Shown: one piece after another, positions 62,301-64,000 of the stretch
Numbering within the stretch: the stretch's first letter is position 1
Layout of the letters: each line of letters opens with the position of its first letter
Source: a virus
Virus record (IMG/VR): IMGVR_UViG_3300033149_003588
Span: 10,460-74,459 of that record
Direction: 5' to 3' (one strand)
Length of the DNA: 64,000 nt
Made by a program: the position numbers and the translations under genes
The notes under the pieces: generated by a model
The model's input: only the letters and a program-made list of their open reading frames with translations
Databases searched by the model: none
What the model was told of the DNA's origin: nothing

Positions 62301-64000
62301 TATCCTCTAATTCATCCCTTTTGCGTTTAAGTTCATCTTCTAAATTTTGCCTCTCTAAAGAGAATACATGCATTCCATCTTCTATTAAATCTTCATCTTC
62401 TATGCCAGGTAATAAATCCGGCATGCCATCTAATTGTTTTTCCAAACTAGCTATCTCTATCTTTAACTTTCTAGCATCATCAAATATATCGACTCTTCTA
62501 TCGGTGGAATCGTTTATAACATGTGTCCAAAATTCAACCATGGCCTCAGATTCTATAGCTTTAGCATTGTTAGCTTTAATTCTGTTTTCAATTAATAAAC
62601 GCTTATCAGTAGTAAGACCAGGAGTAGCTACTAATAATTTCTTATCATCATCTATAGCATTATAAATACTCTTACGTTTATAAATCTCCACCTCACGCTC
62701 AATATATGGGTCGAGCACCATCCCAGGAAAACCGAGAGTATTATAATAATTTAATGCTTTATTCATAAGCCTTTTACTAAGCGCGGGGTCATCTACTAAT
62801 TTGGATGCTATCGCAGCCACCCTTGGAGCAGACAACACAAATTCTGTAATCCTTGCAGATGATTCAGTAGCATGAGCAGTAAATCTAAGATCTATGGCAG
62901 CAAGGGTAGACATGGCACGTTTTAGAAGTCTATCCACTCGTTTTCTTTGAACAGGACCAAGATCAGACACATCAATCATATTTTTAAGAATTTCAACATT
63001 TTGTCGCAAATGTAGATATGCATCATCAAACTTTGTTCTATGATATATAAGTTGGCGAAGTCTATCTTGCATATAAACATCGGTATATTGATCACGGATT
63101 CTTTTAGCCATAGCGGCCGTTTCTTCTACTCTCTTTATAACACCCCGCTTATCTTTTGGAATGGTAGCTATATCAGCAAGCGCCTGTCGAGCAGAGTTAA
63201 TAGCATCAACATAATCAGTTATCCCGATATCATACTCTATTATACTATCTGTAGCCCTCAATGCAGTGGTCAACTTTAGTACCCTATTATATATTTTTTT
63301 CCATGCATCTTTTCTTAGTACACCATTATGGTCTCTTAAAGTAGCAGGTGCTTTTATAACACCAATAGTGCGATCTGCGATAATCGCTCTATAATTAGCC
63401 CTTATATTCTCAATCTGCGCATCACTAAATCCCATAACTTTGTTAGTATCCAGTAGCCTAGATATTAGATCATCAAGCATGTTATCAGATGATGCATTTT
63501 TAGCAACCCTACCCATAGATGACAATATATTCACCATATCATCCACAATGTCGTCAACCTCAGTAGTCTTACTTAATAAATATCGTAGCGAATACTTCTC
63601 TTCTGGAATCGCTTCAATTATTCTCTTAAGGTGAACCTTAAATTCCTGGATATCATAACCTGTATAAAATGCCTTCCCATCCCTAAAATCTGGCGAAACT
63701 TTATAATAATACATCAAATCACGTGCTAAATCAGCTCTAGCATTAGCACTCAATAAATCCCATGCCCTACGCTGGTGCTTCCTACCAGACGGACCCTTAA
63801 TAATGTTGGATGCATGAATAAGTCCCCAATCACTTTTTACCCCCCTTAATGCTACCCTATTTACAGAACCATCAGTGCCCACTTCGTAGGCAGTTTTGAT
63901 ACCCCTATCTAAATGTACAGTCACACCATGCTTTAGTAATATTCTTTCGTACTCGGGATCTAGTGGAGCACCCCCATACACCCATTCTATCCTACAATTA
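50368..64000 (-). CDS. Giant MuF-domain (minor head) polyvalent protein, 5'-truncated by the window
   Basis: The frame is open upstream of the track start (NCRIEW before V at 63981) to the window edge, so >4540 aa. MuF motif DNMTCPVC...LPRHRRCRCTYTP at ~52890-53050; position upstream of the protease is typical of MuF genes. Confidence 0.85.
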   Translation of the reverse strand, partial: NCRIEWVYGGAPLDPEYERILLKHGVTVHLDRGIKTAYEVGTDGSVNRVALRGVKSDWGLIHASNIIKGPSGRKHQRRAWDLLSANARADLARDLMYYYKVSPDFRDGKAFYTGYDIQEFKVHLKRIIEAIPEEKYSLRYLLSKTTEVDDIVDDMVNILSSMGRVAKNASSDNMLDDLISRLLDTNKVMGFSDAQIENIRANYRAIIADRTIGVIKAPATLRDHNGVLRKDAWKKIYNRVLKLTTALRATDSIIEYDIGITDYVDAINSARQALADIATIPKDKRGVIKRVEETAAMAKRIRDQYTDVYMQDRLRQLIYHRTKFDDAYLHLRQNVEILKNMIDVSDLGPVQRKRVDRLLKRAMSTLAAIDLRFTAHATESSARITEFVLSAPRVAAIASKLVDDPALSKRLMNKALNYYNTLGFPGMVLDPYIEREVEIYKRKSIYNAIDDDKKLLVATPGLTTDKRLLIENRIKANNAKAIESEAMVEFWTHVINDSTDRRVDIFDDARKLKIEIASLEKQLDGMPDLLPGIEDEDLIEDGMHVFSLERQNLEDELKRKRDELEDILSKTKTMREPTILPDTYIQWRDKETLMHLRDTIDESMRELHDSRKKLKKLAYDRGRRVEVDSMTIWHETYNNVARVFDDLGKHISVDDPVVGHTIVHWRSAFDSLSEPGIASEKQLLDFIDSLDRQLSVIREGYDNLEKFLSMSAGVIRTTELDLPVESSAFKNIGNKIFIYNPGTRDMAYVDIPSNWVDAGAPTGGNIALRTMKGHGNLGDIEGVGTTVVGPIKRSAWAPKDVILPIAGDVDPVDIVIMPSANFLDMDSKSIDTAINKIVTDIKRDLDMRVKNPNKKKREFLEAMEGILRRLPHVKSAQLRSKLLRDINGAMKRYGSIYGVSVDVIGDTQASINNALANVVRWRSSMPSSAMVAEDSLGTSVLVYSLFPEGKVPAGWHELAEFDRSIWVGDKQVSVRSSKGSFRPDLVAAWKIVGAEDVPSDTVKLYARDIDTQKRMLEIYLGGYNLAQGRDDILAELAYRDKQLLISEYTSSMVVDKLVVEGAQYVPPADVVIRSVGPGVAYSGQPVQIVLHADGAISVRDLGGKFGHMAHSSTAEVIGKYNIPLGLPDDGIANFILYRDPKTSQYYLKLNTVLTEDKVITASISKLQINRLKSHLSGIDRAINGLRHDVDRWNHEFDRLFKYLKQHPEFWDRVNKHLAAIGIPRAELVEDVLSEIIRTTSINIWLDDTKVASMVGRLRGIGDPVILNAEIVSMTNQRNIKEKELKSLLSYMGAKHSIEVPKFDPLGQRKGIMDIVAVAQELAGSVGADSFRLELGDANNIRRPWRTKFSGYSKNDLLEIARYIADKLPPDKTPSDVILKKMSRARLLTWIMKSEGSMGDQIMFVLAGRYRLNEFFAKYNVDDSTRRAINTVLNNEFLPFVPKSKATIIADIIERADDMNMAGHQRRIFMMLEAGKKLPAAARIEFYQIVAELDNISFSLVDKGSGRIFIRARPTDIVKIVSRQPTSQAITNMFKPKVIRHVTQRHISNTLDAWRTYIGRISDIAGSIRSGDAQEIMLSLSGMNKEISLCIKKYIESQARDDIYRMTYWADQALAIVMGHSDNMFNKLIVPSMGAKSNILDSINNDLAVLYNVSRIQTSKIKTHLAVGEYDQAISTLKILMDQIISRPGEPIVTVYDKHVHLFNRLMRNISNVATVDTYTAEFNRATREIGKAFSLRLKELTDGGIKLAKSRKKAQRLIKQIGLDNTIVNYMDSIRLRVLNMLSITKLSPADKAITSIIVDMRDLPWTTNAAVGKTLDSILVRLRNAARFGTKTTPQDIAILDNAFNNISAGYSTAMTVVDDLVKLSNKNAVYFGDDLKRLLDDIGNLRYELIPDNIKDMAERLARFVYDDRMHKDVNVLYSILGDNVQHIIRTISEAPTVTTGIDTAAKFIAQDILMAKEMGILRDEYLSVATSWAKRHIDSQILDRAEFLRQLDLPHLDKLPLEVANSITDFAYSFYIKNAKQVVQALDDNMVDNFVAVKEYGIISSQLKRALKLETNILEHYIASKNIAIADIYKLGVRKINIVLFDTLYEHNALLLRLYSQNDIINILKETNTIASITTRDLKKIGVDIKIDRLFAELADRTYDEVIDIGAKLFAMHTIRDLSSKGIPLARQLDYKRQLLISLRGQVDAGTMKYLQYKLSLLKSGIPVAIPSLEYSSVSLAQLIPVLRKVPPDDGINSIIDIFMTSNRAHLNTSMRLYRRLNMLRRILGLGGIGDSDDTRLLSHFLQGLGATPEDSAHLVDLLEHILIPFGITPRKDRWLNVVTNKRATQSVVRSILVGMGVSEAKISSTAINRMLNMITSPVTKQYIIKAMRMAHLDPYSIAKQLLRGRVRIPIGFTTYQGRAVFKEIEIIPAYVRSDGKIRTLYRLQLSFKRGGKEWIVPNLIGNYTISFGEEISSHMAHGIYYDILDKTPVRVEAGGRNIRGFTEYRISKYIDDIIKRLFAGYNLGDAPLSLFFPEPDVMGAVNYYRLLSVDPALRAMIANVLAGNITKVDKDIARIAEAIKHSMNISSVPDFSADEAYAILMNRLFRVTVKEDPEAVMRVHRRLEEILMHIGRPDYLRDRLGEIISSNKYVVRPQFRQIHAQIDELFERVLPSDMTPTQYVKLYTKIMLAKMGEDSEEALARARGEPAKVIARMRKAFDKDWGPQELLLKKAKAFLMNNNTGLTFTEKQLDELINAYIGGWVAYRSLDELTGVSGGIKPNNVLYYSKLIDMLDGGDTGSGGIIGRMTEFLRYKYNISSWEEFTTISIDSAILTIEDRLKYLDKHTDEYKVLASRLDELLHIKHAGVKPGDVIFLEMFDKLELARAHRAAVFTYVDNNATLKQIISTPDGRAALADILGVEAPYKNGMFAGEEQLARDMIAQIDALVGYALPRQKYDMYRLDMYEAIDNRDYNGAWSIFRSIIEDIEVKERITKKKIKMVSPRQVIDRIQDVQKDIGIIKYNLRSTLDKMYDIFGGIDNVQRILDNIVDNINILDKSVIKAKLRSNDLDQVLYALKRIENTLLHTSGSRNIINTQYGYLANEIFKYIDDSVKKDIWAKLSSYFGVEYSANVIYDDPGMAVEVLFGNLAKYEGALGSASEKLDHLRPLYERARNTTAYTEVLSFEFPTKKIPSAKREIMLPIHNEPWSAIQKRIDKLMATKAKYARYQSILSEATSFVDRPSYININARDAVRDIIDTMRDLYKADCNRYARRVLDIANNAGVKGLDKRTIIGWIDEAMYRKVSVVDHIIGRLNDFAPKLDLESAFQMLRTNPDMGRSDVLSYARFIVYAWPAQIRAATGISPDDIVSGYIGQLDRFGLDNIEARRMSFLTKMAYIEEYRLLIEEVKRRAATTGARPIPGMVTKIMNDGTNLYYKMMLLFRGIMGMKAQQVISILGDFAKEYGGLFIELRATKRAISRLFSDVKSIMAGRVPRRKGLIYKPIKKLLGRIGHDWGLEVIDSIVGNSILSSEIDKSIHDTIVSNSALVNTMYSDIGVTVDNRKTMATMRRIYSKIGFKDNKLTLSHYDRRLLLDMYKDLDDLEMRVKNNPEAYLGTNFNRLEDNIYGILRGQYSGKDKMVGRYAVYQDFARVYVNTAVKQLMNDNADLLQGIMITVVMDNMTCPVCLADAGKIYPQEKWHIMPVLPRHRRCRCTYTPIFLPTAVMANRSTVEIDRKRLSRIRDKIGSAGEVEYQQSLFELAVTSPDDLGGRFNVNSNYGVLYMEGVFTNGLSPRVVHDKIYEWKEAMPVKRGDELWSEFKDKYNRSLISRIVYGPDSIDAAINFSKGNTDIVRTIQKIAVDNTVSLVDGGVTSDIRVLLGSISHDHIYDRLFTLFKEHRDEGLSAEELAERHKELTLREIEDALKMFYESGDISMAIDLMARNIVNGRIIAADSVITELVDSLGLDIKSVLNAEQDKICEAFNIALFDKYLYTDPSGVEFYGVEAVGKVVQELKDTGLYTNKEIYDMIYGGFNPSGVPLKGAVDKWPSFSELGGKELSYLRWKITSTMSAHIADRVSNNIEKISAAIAKLIEKIGHISVSDHNLEFWNMSLVDILKNTGSPGVLEFLRQWRKLDTVRQDFIKSKLTPRAREVIGRLTMTAWRGPYTSVISPVTGKKTVLRELILGTAWAPGAQPGITEHKWIGYCYQNGRIFYMPAEAGIDDATALADINMGTAPIKFRVETNVNNAFTRIDVDPDLDMPSRLLLDASLRIHGAQPWIGTVKNVGDRADFLGGVINSFSFNSMEASSEYSIVAQEFLKSVLQARHDIETQLGMPIDISQFKSIMRLAIPIGRPNTENTYRIGSYVFQSDAFVDARRIGLTPIATESGEKFTIWQLFYYNPWDPLDTIFMSGYDFGALRRMPHANDIHTAAHDIVDITLNDRATTNTLIDMVRDNPELIDKLNINVDAHDRVYRGKPKKLSSEQISRAWLDDAGKGYGIMYKRVGGWKRKISKEELKKALLINRGNRIIDTLQNPEYPLSKDVLNALKEELEMIKHIITKM

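Noticed and set aside
4844-63634. The many plus-strand and nested minus-strand ORFs in the track
   Set aside because: They are antisense or alternate-frame shadows of longer, well-supported minus-strand genes and show no recognisable motifs.
50368-64000. Giant ORF as a virion RNA polymerase
   Set aside because: I found no DxDGD or other polymerase motif in the visible part; only the MuF motif is recognisable.
1-64000. Stop-codon recoding, diversity-generating retroelement, integrase or transposase
   Set aside because: Genes tile densely under code 11 with TAA, TAG and TGA all used as stops; no reverse transcriptase, TR/VR pair or recombinase motif was seen.

Overview
The window is a ~64 kb piece of an AT-rich tailed dsDNA bacteriophage genome; essentially all credible genes are on the minus strand. 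In transcription order (64000 to 1) it holds: a giant MuF-domain protein (>4500 aa, open past the window edge), a prohead protease/scaffold, a capsid cement protein, a Mu gpT-like major capsid protein, lysis genes, neck and tail genes (chaperone pair with a -1 frameshift candidate, 1699-aa tape measure, many tail-tip/receptor-binding proteins), a sugar-nucleotide/glycosyltransferase cluster, nucleotide-metabolism genes, a repeat-rich 600-bp non-coding region, and an adenosine-deaminase-like gene that the ORF track misses. Two features stand out. (1) Eleven small genes encode unrelated K/R-rich cargoes behind a shared ~10-aa leader, MIIPIVNIQE. Its terminal [ILV]-x-E matches sites in the capsid and scaffold, suggesting a capsid-targeting, protease-removed address tag analogous to that of T4 internal proteins. 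(2) A 77-nt mini-tmRNA (38312-38388) keeps only the tRNA(Ala)-like domain and has no tag reading frame. All family assignments come from motifs recognised by eye; no searches were run.
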